DNA of 51,968 bases from Pseudomonadota bacterium (GCA_043822785.1 JBDRBN010000068.1:1-51968), one strand, 5' to 3'; counted from the first letter of the stretch, positions 18,775-29,220 are shown. Notes: generated by a model not told the origin, from the sequence alone. Made by a program: numbers and translations.

Positions 18775-20090
18775 TGTTGCAGCTTATCACTTTGTTCAGA
18801 AGAATCCAACGTTTGCTTTTTTGCCTTTGCTTTGGGTGTGCTCCACAGATAGCGTTCTCCCAAACGTTTGAGAAGCTCTGGATCGCCGCTTCTGTGCACA
18901 GCTTTCTCTAATGCGGCGATGGCACTGGCATCGTCGTCTTGCAAATCATAGAGGTCAACGAGCTGCTGTGCATATATCTTGGGGTATATTGTGGCAAGGC
19001 GCTGAAGCACCTCTTTAGCTTCATCGAATTTCTTAAACTCTATGAGAAGCGCGAGCAGGTTGTCGGCATTCTCTTTATCATGCGGATTCTTTTTAAAACG
19101 CTCTTGATAGATAACGAGCAGCTTGGGTTTTACGTTGTTCCATATATATAAATCTTCCAGCGTCTTCTTAAAGTAATCATCTTTCATGTCTTGCATGTCG
19201 TTTTTCTCCATGTAGGTGATAGCCTTTTTTTGCTGATCAGTGCCCATAAGCCAATTGATGTATTTTTTCATTAGGTTCGCATCCTCTGGCTTTCTTTCAA
19301 GCCACTTTGTGTACCATTTGTCTGCACGTTCATAATCTTTGCGTTCAGCAGATGCAAACCTGATCATGCGCTCCCACGATTCGTCATTGTCTGGATTTTC
19401 CTTAATGTTCTGGGCCAGATATTTTTCTGCCAAATCCTGCTTGCCGCTAAATGCTGCGAGGCGCATGAATTTTTCTAGGGCATATGTGTTTTTCACATTC
19501 CTCTCCAATACCTTTTCCAAGATTGCCAGGGTTGCATCCATGTCTCCTATGTATTCATGTAAGGTGATGAGGTCGTTATCAAGCGACTCTCTATTCTCAT
19601 CATCTATTTCCTGACGGATCTTTAGCATATCGATCGCATCTTTGTATTCCTGGTCCATGAGATAGTAGGCATAGAGGTCGTTTACCATTCGCTCACCATC
19701 CTCATCATCAAAGGATTTGCCTCGCGCGCGTCTATAATCGAGCCATTTCCTATAGGTCAGCTTGGCTTTTTGCGGCATCAAATTCCACGTATAAAAACGA
19801 ACGGCTTCCTTGTAGTGATCTTCTCGGGGTTTTAATTCGAGAAGCTTATCGAGGTATCCTCCTGCTTCATCATAATTCCCTTTTTGCTCAAGGGCCTGTG
19901 CCAAATATTTGATCGCACGATAATTCCTTTGGTTTTCTTTGTAGACCTGTCTAAGCTCATCGATAGCCTTACGCAGCTCCCCGCCCCTCAAATGCATCCA
20001 ACCAGCGCGATATTTGGTAGGATGCAATAGGATAGCGACCGATAAGACGATCACGACAAACGCTGCTAAATGCCACCATTTGGTATTCAT
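18771..20090 (-). CDS. Membrane-anchored TPR protein, probable N-terminal half of a split PelB
   Basis: N-terminal TM, many TPRs, ATGA overlap with the barrel gene. Confidence 0.65.
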   Translation of the reverse strand: MNTKWWHLAAFVVIVLSVAILLHPTKYRAGWMHLRGGELRKAIDELRQVYKENQRNYRAIKYLAQALEQKGNYDEAGGYLDKLLELKPREDHYKEAVRFYTWNLMPQKAKLTYRKWLDYRRARGKSFDDEDGERMVNDLYAYYLMDQEYKDAIDMLKIRQEIDDENRESLDNDLITLHEYIGDMDATLAILEKVLERNVKNTYALEKFMRLAAFSGKQDLAEKYLAQNIKENPDNDESWERMIRFASAERKDYERADKWYTKWLERKPEDANLMKKYINWLMGTDQQKKAITYMEKNDMQDMKDDYFKKTLEDLYIWNNVKPKLLVIYQERFKKNPHDKENADNLLALLIEFKKFDEAKEVLQRLATIYPKIYAQQLVDLYDLQDDDASAIAALEKAVHRSGDPELLKRLGERYLWSTPKAKAKKQTLDSSEQSDKLQQ

Positions 20091-20106
20091 AGATGGTTAA
20101 ATAAGT

Positions 20107-22161
20107 TCAGCCTTCATTGACTAAGATGCGCACATCCTCAAAACGATTTTTCAGAATATCCTGTGAAAGGGCTAGCTCGCCTCTCTCGTTTGATTTAACT
20201 TCAAACTTCTTCTCCTTAAGCGACACAGTATACGATTGGTTTTTCTTCATTCCACCAAGAACAAACTGTACACGGCCCATCGTGCGAAGCGTAAAGCGTA
20301 CCCCCTTTGCTGCCATCCACCAATTATTGATTTTTCCATTGGCCTTTATCAAGTACGGTTGAGATGCCCTCTCATTTGTCAGGTGAATCTCTGAACGCAG
20401 CCCATTATCAAGATGCACATAGAGTGATCCCTGATAGGATACATAGCCTAACACTCCCTTTGATTTTTGCAGATCTACATAACCGGTATAATCGTCTAGG
20501 CGGATAGTTCTGAGCTCTCCATTATTTGAGATAACCCATTGTTGTGGTGAGATCCTGTCTATTATCGTCGAGAGAAAGCCGTCCAGATGCTTAATATAAT
20601 CAGAAGCAAAGACTGGCGCGATCTCTTGCGTGAGCGCCCAGTCGTAGAGCTCCTTGATGGAATCAATGCCCATGTTGCGTTCCATGATGTAGTAATGATA
20701 GTAGATGTCGATGGGCCGTATCCTTATGGGCGATTCTGTGTTCTTGTATGTTTCGACTGCGAATTTCATACCATAAAAAGGCCCAGTCCAATCATTTGTA
20801 AAGATAACCTCGTTCGCATCAGCGGCGAAGTTTTGCAACAGGCCGCCCTCGTGGTAAAAGAACGGAGCCACGTAAGCGTAGCTGTTTTGTATTTGATCAA
20901 AGCGAGAGTCTCCACCGTTGAGATTCATGATATTGTTATCATATACATATTTAAGCGCCTCAAAGTCCGGTCGACAATCTCCTGTCCAGAAGAAGATGTC
21001 TGTTTCCTTTCCCTTTGGAACAAGATGCTCGTTTATGTACTTGATCGAATTGCCGATCTCGTTTTGGGGCGAATAGGTATAGCCCTTGAGTTTATAAGCG
21101 AATTTTCTATCCTTTGATCTCCATATATAAGGATGAGCCCAGCCATGGCTTGCAGGCTCGACGTTGGGAAGCGCAAATATCTTTTTTATTATATTGACGA
21201 CCCTGTCTTTCATTTCTCCGCTCACTGTCGGAATATCTCCGATAAGCACAGAGGCTGTGCAGGGTAGGTTGTAGTGAGTTAGGATCTTCGTATATGTGAG
21301 CTCACCGGCTATACTCTTATTATCATCATAGCTCTCATTTGTGATGCCATCGCCATCGATATGGCTCATGAAAAGGCGCATGCCGTTTATCGTGCTCACA
21401 TCTGGCCGTGGAAACGTGGCATCAAATGCCTGCGCAAAATACTTGAAGGGGTTGATCCTCCAGCGCACCTGAAAATTGGCAGGATTTACGTAGAGGGCGT
21501 AATTGGAAAAGACCACACCGCCTTTTGAGTGGATAAAGACTGCATCGCACGTGGAGCCGGTATCCTTTCGCTTTAGCTTTAGAAATATCTTGGCATTCCC
21601 ATCTGTTGGGGAAAGTATGACAAAGGAAGTAAGGGCATCCTTTAGACTTCGCTCGAATTCAGTCATCTCAGGGTCGTTCTTAATGATCTCCAAAAGAAGG
21701 GGGCTATCCGTTGTTTGATCAGTGCTGTAGGAGATGGAAAAGGCCTTATAAAACCTGGCGAGCAGATCCTCTGGTGTTTCCTTGCCATTCTCATCAAAGG
21801 AAAAGCCGAAATCGTCGATAACCACGAGTTTTTTTCCGTGCTCAAGCTGCCTTATAAGCCATTGAACGTAATTTTGTGCTCCTTTAAGTTTGTTGTCAGT
21901 GAACCAGCTTATGATCCCGGCATATTTTTCCATCTCTTTATCGTCTGGGAGCTGCTTTGTGACATCGACATAGTCAAGCGTAAACCCGAGGTGATTCAAA
22001 GGCATCTCAGTATATTCGATAAAAAACTTATCATATTCTTCCTTATTGACCTCGCTTCCATCTACAACGGCAAGCAGGTTTCTTTTCACGGGTTTAGCAA
22101 ATGCGTTTGTTGAGATGCATGCGATGATCAAGAGAAAGATTAGAGTCCTTGCTGGTTTCAT
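20107..22161 (-). CDS. pelA: PelA-like polysaccharide deacetylase (CE4-like; lacks the hydrolase domain)
   Basis: Signal peptide; SHIDGDG and ASHGWAHPY metal motifs, FWTGDC, NLNGGD, PIDIYYHYY. Confidence 0.85.
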   Translation of the reverse strand: MKPARTLIFLLIIACISTNAFAKPVKRNLLAVVDGSEVNKEEYDKFFIEYTEMPLNHLGFTLDYVDVTKQLPDDKEMEKYAGIISWFTDNKLKGAQNYVQWLIRQLEHGKKLVVIDDFGFSFDENGKETPEDLLARFYKAFSISYSTDQTTDSPLLLEIIKNDPEMTEFERSLKDALTSFVILSPTDGNAKIFLKLKRKDTGSTCDAVFIHSKGGVVFSNYALYVNPANFQVRWRINPFKYFAQAFDATFPRPDVSTINGMRLFMSHIDGDGITNESYDDNKSIAGELTYTKILTHYNLPCTASVLIGDIPTVSGEMKDRVVNIIKKIFALPNVEPASHGWAHPYIWRSKDRKFAYKLKGYTYSPQNEIGNSIKYINEHLVPKGKETDIFFWTGDCRPDFEALKYVYDNNIMNLNGGDSRFDQIQNSYAYVAPFFYHEGGLLQNFAADANEVIFTNDWTGPFYGMKFAVETYKNTESPIRIRPIDIYYHYYIMERNMGIDSIKELYDWALTQEIAPVFASDYIKHLDGFLSTIIDRISPQQWVISNNGELRTIRLDDYTGYVDLQKSKGVLGYVSYQGSLYVHLDNGLRSEIHLTNERASQPYLIKANGKINNWWMAAKGVRFTLRTMGRVQFVLGGMKKNQSYTVSLKEKKFEVKSNERGELALSQDILKNRFEDVRILVNEG

Positions 22162-22230
22162 GGGATAAGTTCCTTACTGCTTGAAATGCGAGAAACGCCA
22201 GCAACGCTCGCTTTTCTCGCAGTATGAGAG

Positions 22231-23073
22231 CTACTGATTCTTAAAAAAGATCGTTTTTAAATCGATGTCGGAAACATAGGGAATAAAGCCCTGAGCTTTT
22301 GCTTTTTTGGCAACTTTACGAATATTCTTTTTATCCCTTGGTTTCAAATAGTCTAGTGTGAGCACGGGCTTTTGAAATTTATCTTGAAACTCTTTCAGGG
22401 GGATCAGTCGCTCATTGCTCCATTTGTCAGCAGCCATCTTATATTGTTTTTTCTTAAAGTCATAAAGTGTGTATACATCTTCGATCAGCAGGGCATCAAT
22501 AATCATTCCTACATCGTTTAAGAGAGAAAGCCCGTTATTGAGTATTATGATTAAGTTTGGATATTTTTTTCTGACCTCTTTGAGCAATTTGATCGCACCG
22601 CGCGAAGCGCCCTTCATGCCTTTAACCTGTTCCAAATAATGTGCTGTATCGATAGTATCGATGAAGATGCCGTCAAAACCCTCTGATAGCGTCTTTGGAA
22701 TGAGCGTATTCAAGACATAAGAGTGCCATTTGTCATTTCGGATATCCACGCGATGGCTGCCAGGCCAGTTTTCGTTTTCCTCCACGAGCAGGCCTTCTCT
22801 CATGAACTCATCAAAGCGGGGATCTGTCTTGTTCACCTCTCCAAAACTCACATAGCCTACGACTTTACTTCCGTGTGTTTTTAATGGCACAAGATCAGGA
22901 TGATTTGAACTATCAAGGATGTAGAGATCGTATCTTGGTATCTCTTTGGTGGGGAACGCGTTGTCGTAAAAACAGAGCCAGGAGCCAATTCCCAAGAGGT
23001 TGTTCTGAGCAAAGCTTTGTAAGGGAGTCGCAAACATGAGCAAAAGCACTATGTGTGTGAGCTTTATTTTCAT
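22231..23073 (-). CDS. Endo-alpha-1,4-polygalactosaminidase-like glycoside hydrolase (GH114/GH166; PelA hydrolase domain)
   Basis: Signal peptide; GYVSFGEV, GFDGIFIDTID, LTLDY, GFIPYV. Confidence 0.85.
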   Translation of the reverse strand: MKIKLTHIVLLLMFATPLQSFAQNNLLGIGSWLCFYDNAFPTKEIPRYDLYILDSSNHPDLVPLKTHGSKVVGYVSFGEVNKTDPRFDEFMREGLLVEENENWPGSHRVDIRNDKWHSYVLNTLIPKTLSEGFDGIFIDTIDTAHYLEQVKGMKGASRGAIKLLKEVRKKYPNLIIILNNGLSLLNDVGMIIDALLIEDVYTLYDFKKKQYKMAADKWSNERLIPLKEFQDKFQKPVLTLDYLKPRDKKNIRKVAKKAKAQGFIPYVSDIDLKTIFFKNQ

Positions 23074-23438
23074 TTGAGATGTTCTTGGATCTTTTGTAAA
23101 AATTTGTTTGTAGACGCTGGCTTTACGAGATAATCGGTGGCCCCGGCGTTCATTGCTTTTTTGACATCGCTGTCACGGCCGAGAGCAGTCAGCACGATGA
23201 TAGGAAGTTCCTTTAAATCAGCGGTCGAGCGAATGATTTTTGTCATCTCGATACCGTCCATTTCAGGCATCATGATATCAGCTACGATGAGGTCAGGTTT
23301 ATCAGACAGCGCTTTTAGAAGGCCTTCCTTTCCATTTTCAGCTGAAACCACATCATAGCCCTTTTCCTCAAGGAGCATTCTGATGATCTCTACGAGCATC
23401 ACGTCATCTTCGACCATGAGGATTTTTTTCTTTGCCAT
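23070..23438 (-). CDS. Single-domain response regulator (REC), first gene of the pel run
   Basis: ILMVEDD, ADIMMPEMDG, LTA, YLVKP; SD GGAG before MAKKK start. Confidence 0.92.
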   Translation of the reverse strand: MAKKKILMVEDDVMLVEIIRMLLEEKGYDVVSAENGKEGLLKALSDKPDLIVADIMMPEMDGIEMTKIIRSTADLKELPIIVLTALGRDSDVKKAMNAGATDYLVKPASTNKFLQKIQEHLK

Positions 23439-23525
23439 TTCATTCTCCAATGATTTAAATGACATTATTTTAATATCTGATAGAATTTAATGCAACTCTA
23501 ACCTATTAAGAAGATTAGGATTCTT

Positions 23526-24464
23526 ATGACTCATTTTCTGATTACCGGCGGGGCTGGCTTTATAGGATCGCACATTGCAGAGCAGATCGTCCGCAAGGGC
23601 CTGGGAAAGGTTACGGTTTTTGATAATCTCTCATCCGGTCATGAGGAAAACATAGCACACCTGAAGGACGAGGTGCGCTTTATAAAAGGCGATGTGAGGC
23701 ATCCTGATGATATCAAAAAGGCTATTGAGGGCATTGATATCGTGTTTCACGATGCAGCGTTTGCCTCTGCATTTGATTCCTATAACGAGCCAGGGCTTAC
23801 CAATGATATCAATATAGGAGGAACGTATAATCTTTTAGAGGCCGCTCATGCAGCTGGGGTGAAAAGGATGGTGCTTGCATCATCAGCTGCTATCTACGGC
23901 ACTGAATCAGAGCTGCCAAATTCTGAGGACATGCTGCCTAGGCCACAGAGCCCTTATGCTATCTCTAAGCTGTGTAACGAGTATTATGCCCGCATGTTTG
24001 CACTGCATAAGGGGCTTGAGACAGTCTGTTTGCGGTATTTTAATGTATTTGGTCCTCGCCAGGACCCCTCGTCCGAATATTCGGGCGTAATTTCACGCTT
24101 TATAGAGCAAATCCGCCGTGGCGAAAATCTTGTAGTATATGGCGACGGCACCCAGACGCGTGACTTTATTTATGTGGGTGATGTGGCACGCGCGAACATC
24201 CTCGCATCTCAGAGCGAAAAATGTGGCAGTGGCGAATGCATAAATATCGGCACGGGCAAGGAGACGAATCTGCTTGAGCTGATCGATGCTTTGAAGAAAG
24301 CTTGTGAACGGGATGTGATGCCCGAGTTCAAACCGTCGCGTACAGGAGATATTAAGAGATCTGTAGCAGCAGTTAAACTTGCCCGCGATCTCACTGATTT
24401 TTTTGCGCAGACCGACTTTGATGACGGCATCAAACAGCTAATCGCTCATCTCCCATGGAGGTAA
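23526..24464 (+). CDS. NAD-dependent UDP-sugar 4-epimerase (WbpP/PelX-like)
   Basis: GGAGFIGS, ASSAAIYG, YAISK (YxxxK), LRYFNVFGPRQDP; divergent from the pel cluster. Confidence 0.88.
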   Translation: MTHFLITGGAGFIGSHIAEQIVRKGLGKVTVFDNLSSGHEENIAHLKDEVRFIKGDVRHPDDIKKAIEGIDIVFHDAAFASAFDSYNEPGLTNDINIGGTYNLLEAAHAAGVKRMVLASSAAIYGTESELPNSEDMLPRPQSPYAISKLCNEYYARMFALHKGLETVCLRYFNVFGPRQDPSSEYSGVISRFIEQIRRGENLVVYGDGTQTRDFIYVGDVARANILASQSEKCGSGECINIGTGKETNLLELIDALKKACERDVMPEFKPSRTGDIKRSVAAVKLARDLTDFFAQTDFDDGIKQLIAHLPWR

Positions 24465-24466
24465 AT

Positions 24467-25675
24467 ATGAAATTTCAAGAAGCGCCTACTGAATATTTGC
24501 CATCGGAGAGGAGCTCTGATGAGCAGATTCGAAGCAGGCGTGAATTCATAAAAAAGAATGTTATCGGCAATGAAACGGTAAGGCACATGTTCAATGCCAT
24601 CTTCGATATCGTGATGATCATAGATGCAAATTGGCAGGCTGTTTTTGCAAACAGGTCATTGCGAAAATTTCTTCACGTGAAGAGTACGCGTTTGCTTCTG
24701 GGTTTGCGGGCTGGTGAGATGTTCGAGTGCGTTCACGCAAGCGAAGGCCAGAGCGGGTGCGGTACTACTAAGTTCTGTAAAATCTGTGGAGTATACAAAG
24801 CAATCATGGCTGCACAGCATGGCAAAAAGGAGGTTCAGGAATGTCGGGTCATAAAAAAGGACGGAACAGCCGTTGATCTGCTTGTCGATGCAACACCCAT
24901 TGAAGTTCAAGGACAGGCATTCATCATCTTCGCAATCAGGGATATCAGCGATAAAAAACGCAGAGAGATGCTGGAGCGTGTATTTTTTCATGATGCGCTC
25001 AACATCGTTGGGACGATCTTTGGTTTGGCGCAGCTTCTCAAAGATTGCCCCAGTGAAAAGCGAGACGAGATTGGACAGAGGATATACACTTCAACTCGAA
25101 GGCTGATCGATGAGATAGAGGCCCAGCGAAGCGTTACCATAGCAGAGGTGGAGGATCTGACAGCGATCGTAAGACCAGTAGAATCCATGGCCCTGGTTCA
25201 TCAGGCTATCCAGCTATATGAAACCCATCCTGTAGCAAAGAACAAATCAATCGTCATCGACCAATCGTTTGAAAATGTCAGTTTGCAGAGCGATCCTGTC
25301 CTGCTGGGCAGGGTCCTTAGCAATATGCTGAAGAATGCACTCGAGGCGTCAAAAGAAGGGGATGTTATCACGATTGGATGTCGCAAGTTAGCCGGGAAGA
25401 TGGAATTTTCGGTACACAATCCAAGCTCTATGCCTACAGACGTTCAGCTTCAGATATTTACCAGGTCATTTTCAACAAAAAGTAGGGATCGCGGTCTGGG
25501 CACTTATGGCATAAAGCTCATAAGCGAACGCTATCTGCAAGGAGAGGTTTCCTTTGAGTCCTCTGAGGGCAAGGGGACGACCTTTTATGCGAGATATCCG
25601 TTAGTCCTTCAAGTTGATGAAGAAAGCTCAGAAGAGTCCATCGACTCGTCCATCGACGATCTCTCTCAGTTATAA
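24467..25675 (+). CDS. Cytoplasmic sensor histidine kinase with Cys-rich PAS-like domain
   Basis: SD GGAGG before MKFQ; FFHDALN H-box, NMLKNALEA, FSTK..RGLGTY. Confidence 0.85.
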   Translation: MKFQEAPTEYLPSERSSDEQIRSRREFIKKNVIGNETVRHMFNAIFDIVMIIDANWQAVFANRSLRKFLHVKSTRLLLGLRAGEMFECVHASEGQSGCGTTKFCKICGVYKAIMAAQHGKKEVQECRVIKKDGTAVDLLVDATPIEVQGQAFIIFAIRDISDKKRREMLERVFFHDALNIVGTIFGLAQLLKDCPSEKRDEIGQRIYTSTRRLIDEIEAQRSVTIAEVEDLTAIVRPVESMALVHQAIQLYETHPVAKNKSIVIDQSFENVSLQSDPVLLGRVLSNMLKNALEASKEGDVITIGCRKLAGKMEFSVHNPSSMPTDVQLQIFTRSFSTKSRDRGLGTYGIKLISERYLQGEVSFESSEGKGTTFYARYPLVLQVDEESSEESIDSSIDDLSQL

Positions 25676-25720
25676 AATGGGCCGAATGGGTAATTTGCAC
25701 CATAAAACAAGGAGATAGAC

Positions 25721-27739
25721 ATGAGCCAGGATGCTGCAAGCAAGACACAACTCAAGGGTTTGCCAGAAAATGCGTTTCGGGAACTTGGCAAGGGAGAGGT
25801 TTATGCTCCTCTTGTAAGCCCTAAAGAGAAGATTGCAGAAGTTACAGTGCGCTCGGTTCTCATCGGCATACTCATGTCGATAATATTTTCCGGCTCCATC
25901 GCCTACCTTACCTTGAAGATTGGTACTGGCCTTGAGGCGGCAATTCCCATTGCAATAATTGCCGTCGGCCTTTCCTATGCCTACAGAAGAAGAAGCACGC
26001 TTTTAGAAAATATAATGATAGTTGCGATCGGATCCACTTCAGGAATAGTGGTGGGCGGCGCGGTCTTTACCCTTCCAGCCCTTTATATAATGGGACTTGA
26101 GGGTTACACGAATCTCTTTCAGCTCTTCTTGATCCCCATGCTGGGATCTATCATAGGTGTGATTCTGCTTATCCCTTTGCGTCGCTACTTTGTAGAAGAG
26201 ATGCACGGCAAGTTTCCGTTTCCAGAGGCCACTGCAACTACAGAGATACTGGTTGCAGGAAGAAAGGGCGGCCGTGATGCCAGGGTTTTGGCATACACCA
26301 TGCTCATAGGCGGGGTTTATGATTTTTTGGCCTCAGCCATGGGAGCTTGGCGCGATACCTTTACCACTGGAATCATCGGCGCATGTAGCATGCTCACCAC
26401 AAAGTTCAAGGTGGTCTTCAGCATATCCACTGGTGCTGCGATCACTGCCATGGGCTACATCATCGGCCTTAGGTATATGTCTATAATGATCGCCGGCAGC
26501 GCGCTCTCATGGATGGTCTTGGTGCCGCTGGTTGCATATGTTGACAGCAACATAGGCAGCGGCAGCCTAGCTCTGCTAACCAACCAGGATATATTCAGCG
26601 CGCACGTGCGCATGATAGGCATTGGCGGCATATTCATGGCAGGCATTATAGGTATAATGAAATCCCTGCCGGTCATGTATCGCGCTTTTGGAACAGGTTT
26701 CAAAGAGCTCTTTGAATCAAAGAAGGAACATGTGCGCGAAGAACAGGTCGTGCCACGCACTGAGCGGGATATAAGGATGTATGTATCTGTCGTAATGCTT
26801 GTGGCAACGCTGATTGGGCTTTTTATCTATTTCAGATACTCAGTGCTTTCAGGTCAACCCAATCCCTTTATGCTGGGTGTCATCGCGCTTGTCGTTACCT
26901 TTGTACTTGGTTTTTTGTTCAACTCTGTCTCAGCTTACGCGATTGCCACTATCGGAACTACGCCGATTTCCGGCATGACGCTCATGACGCTGGTTATCGC
27001 GTGCATCCTGCTTTCTAAAGCCGGTCTTTCGGGCGAAAGTGGAATGGTGTCGGCGCTTCTTGTAGGCGGTGTGGTTTGCACTGCCCTGTCCATGGCTGGT
27101 TCGCTCGTGACGCAGTTTAAGATATCATATTGGCTTGGCGCTACGCCTCGCCGCATTGAATGGGCCAACATAGGCGGCTCCCTTATTGCTGCAGTAGTAT
27201 GTTCATTCGTAATAGTCATGCTTGCCAAGGTCTATGGTTTTGCTCCGAGCCCAGAACATGCAAATCCATTGCCTGCGCCACAAGCCAATGCCATGGCTGC
27301 TGTGATAAAAGGCCTTATGATGGGAGGTACAGCGCCGTGGTTTCTCTATGCGATTGGTGCGGTCATAGCGATACTCATGGAGTTAATTGGCGTAGCGCCT
27401 TTGGCTTTTGCGCTTGGCATGTATTTGCCTTTTGATCTTGTTGCTCCCATGTTCGTAGGCGCTCTTGTGGCAACAGCTGTAAAGTATGGCTCAAAGGATG
27501 AGAAGGAGGAGGAACGCAGGCACTCCAGAGGAACGCTCGTGTCTTCAGGCCTAATCGCAGGCGGCGCGCTTATGGGGGTTGTTGGCGCTTTGATAGAGTG
27601 GCTTAGCGCTGAGGTGTTCAAAGGAGATATCTTGCCTAAGTTTGGAAATGACGGTCTATTTGGAAACTGGATGGGCCTTGGAATGCTAATCCTGCTTTGT
27701 GCCTATATGTATTGGGACAGCAAGAGGATAAAGGCATAA
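25721..27739 (+). CDS. OPT family oligopeptide transporter
   Basis: EVTVRSV, AAIPIAI, PLRRYF..FPEATA, PAPQANAMA, LAFALGMYLP, SGLIAGGAL. Confidence 0.92.
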   Translation: MSQDAASKTQLKGLPENAFRELGKGEVYAPLVSPKEKIAEVTVRSVLIGILMSIIFSGSIAYLTLKIGTGLEAAIPIAIIAVGLSYAYRRRSTLLENIMIVAIGSTSGIVVGGAVFTLPALYIMGLEGYTNLFQLFLIPMLGSIIGVILLIPLRRYFVEEMHGKFPFPEATATTEILVAGRKGGRDARVLAYTMLIGGVYDFLASAMGAWRDTFTTGIIGACSMLTTKFKVVFSISTGAAITAMGYIIGLRYMSIMIAGSALSWMVLVPLVAYVDSNIGSGSLALLTNQDIFSAHVRMIGIGGIFMAGIIGIMKSLPVMYRAFGTGFKELFESKKEHVREEQVVPRTERDIRMYVSVVMLVATLIGLFIYFRYSVLSGQPNPFMLGVIALVVTFVLGFLFNSVSAYAIATIGTTPISGMTLMTLVIACILLSKAGLSGESGMVSALLVGGVVCTALSMAGSLVTQFKISYWLGATPRRIEWANIGGSLIAAVVCSFVIVMLAKVYGFAPSPEHANPLPAPQANAMAAVIKGLMMGGTAPWFLYAIGAVIAILMELIGVAPLAFALGMYLPFDLVAPMFVGALVATAVKYGSKDEKEEERRHSRGTLVSSGLIAGGALMGVVGALIEWLSAEVFKGDILPKFGNDGLFGNWMGLGMLILLCAYMYWDSKRIKA

Positions 27740-27740
27740 A

Positions 27741-29210
27741 ATGAAAGCCATGCAAAAGGCATCTAGATCCAAAACGCTGGTGTCGGCTTGTCGTTCTTCT
27801 CCCCGTATAATGGAGGTTGGGAATAGGCAGGTCAAACTCTCAAGATTTGTCACGGTTTTCGACCGCAGAGGCGTAACCGCCCTTTATAATAGTATAAAGG
27901 GCAAGACTCTATATTTATCAGGGCCGACCCTGCGTGCTGTTTCTCCTTTGCTTAAAAAATCGACGTCATTGGAGCGGTTCATCGCTGACGCGAAGGTCTC
28001 CCATAAAGACATTAATGCGGTTGTTCTCGCACTTAATGATCTATTGGAAAATTCTTTTTTGTGCCCTGCCGACAATGATGAGAGAGGTGTTATCAACAAA
28101 CTTCGCGCCCGTTTTGAGGAGCCAACGGGCTTTGAAAACCTGACCGTATATTTAACTACAGGATGCAATCTCAATTGCAAATATTGCCAGCTCCACAGCC
28201 AGCCAGGCAAATCAAACAAAAAGATATTGAGCATGAAATCATTCAAGCAAGGAATTAATGCGTTTTTCTCATCATACTATAGTCCCGATGGCGTGCCTAG
28301 AAGAGTTCAGTTCTTTGGAGGGGAGCCGCTTATCGAATGGCCTTCCTTCGTGAAGATGGTTGAATATATACGTTTTTGTGAAGAGGCTGAAAAATTTGGA
28401 GGTGAAAAAGTTGATATTCACGTCAACACTAACGGCACATTACTCACAGACGAGATATTGTCTTTTCTAAAGAAAAACAATGTCTATCTCAGCGTCTCAC
28501 TCGATGGCCCACAAAAGGAGCATGATCTTTATCGCAAAGATTTGGCTGGAAAGGGCACATATCAAAAGATAATCCATAATATGCAGCGTGCGCATGAAAT
28601 AGGAATTGATGTAACAGTGCTGTCAGTATTAGGAGCACATAATCTTTCAGGCCTACCGAAGTTTATAAAGAAAATTCACGACACATGTAGCGTCAGCTTT
28701 TTCGGCCTCAACCCCATCATAGGCGATGATAAGTGGCAGAAGAAGTTTTCGGTGGGCAAATTTCGAGAAAAGCTAATGAAGGTCATTGATCAGCTATTGG
28801 ATATCGATGGCGTCGCTGTCAATCCATTTCATGAACAATGGGAGGAATTTGCAAACGACGAATCTATGTTGGCGGGTCAGGAATGTATATCCGGCACACG
28901 TCTTGTTCTATTTCCGACCGGCCATGTGGCTCCGTGCGTTCAGTATGTGTTTCGCGATAACACGCCCCGCCTGTCACGTTTTAAGTCTTTGTATCCCAGT
29001 GAAGTCTGGAAAGAAGTCAGAAGTAGTTGGTCTTTATACGATCCCGACTGTTATAATTCGTGCCCGCTTATAGGTTTTTGCGACGGTGGATGTCCCATCA
29101 ATGCGCAGCGCGCAGCCAAGGATGGCAAACGTCCTATGTGCAATCTGTCACGGTCTCTCTTGGAAGCGTTTATATGGCGAAAACACAGGATGCAAAAGGA
29201 GCTTGTGTGA
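27741..29210 (+). CDS. Radical SAM/SPASM peptide-maturase-like protein with N-terminal RRE-like domain
   Basis: CNLNCKYC, FFGGEP, TNGTLL, SVSLDG; SPASM C...G...PC and CYNSC..FCDGGCP..C; start could be slightly downstream. Confidence 0.88.
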   Translation: MKAMQKASRSKTLVSACRSSPRIMEVGNRQVKLSRFVTVFDRRGVTALYNSIKGKTLYLSGPTLRAVSPLLKKSTSLERFIADAKVSHKDINAVVLALNDLLENSFLCPADNDERGVINKLRARFEEPTGFENLTVYLTTGCNLNCKYCQLHSQPGKSNKKILSMKSFKQGINAFFSSYYSPDGVPRRVQFFGGEPLIEWPSFVKMVEYIRFCEEAEKFGGEKVDIHVNTNGTLLTDEILSFLKKNNVYLSVSLDGPQKEHDLYRKDLAGKGTYQKIIHNMQRAHEIGIDVTVLSVLGAHNLSGLPKFIKKIHDTCSVSFFGLNPIIGDDKWQKKFSVGKFREKLMKVIDQLLDIDGVAVNPFHEQWEEFANDESMLAGQECISGTRLVLFPTGHVAPCVQYVFRDNTPRLSRFKSLYPSEVWKEVRSSWSLYDPDCYNSCPLIGFCDGGCPINAQRAAKDGKRPMCNLSRSLLEAFIWRKHRMQKELV

Positions 29211-29220
29211 TAGATAAAGA

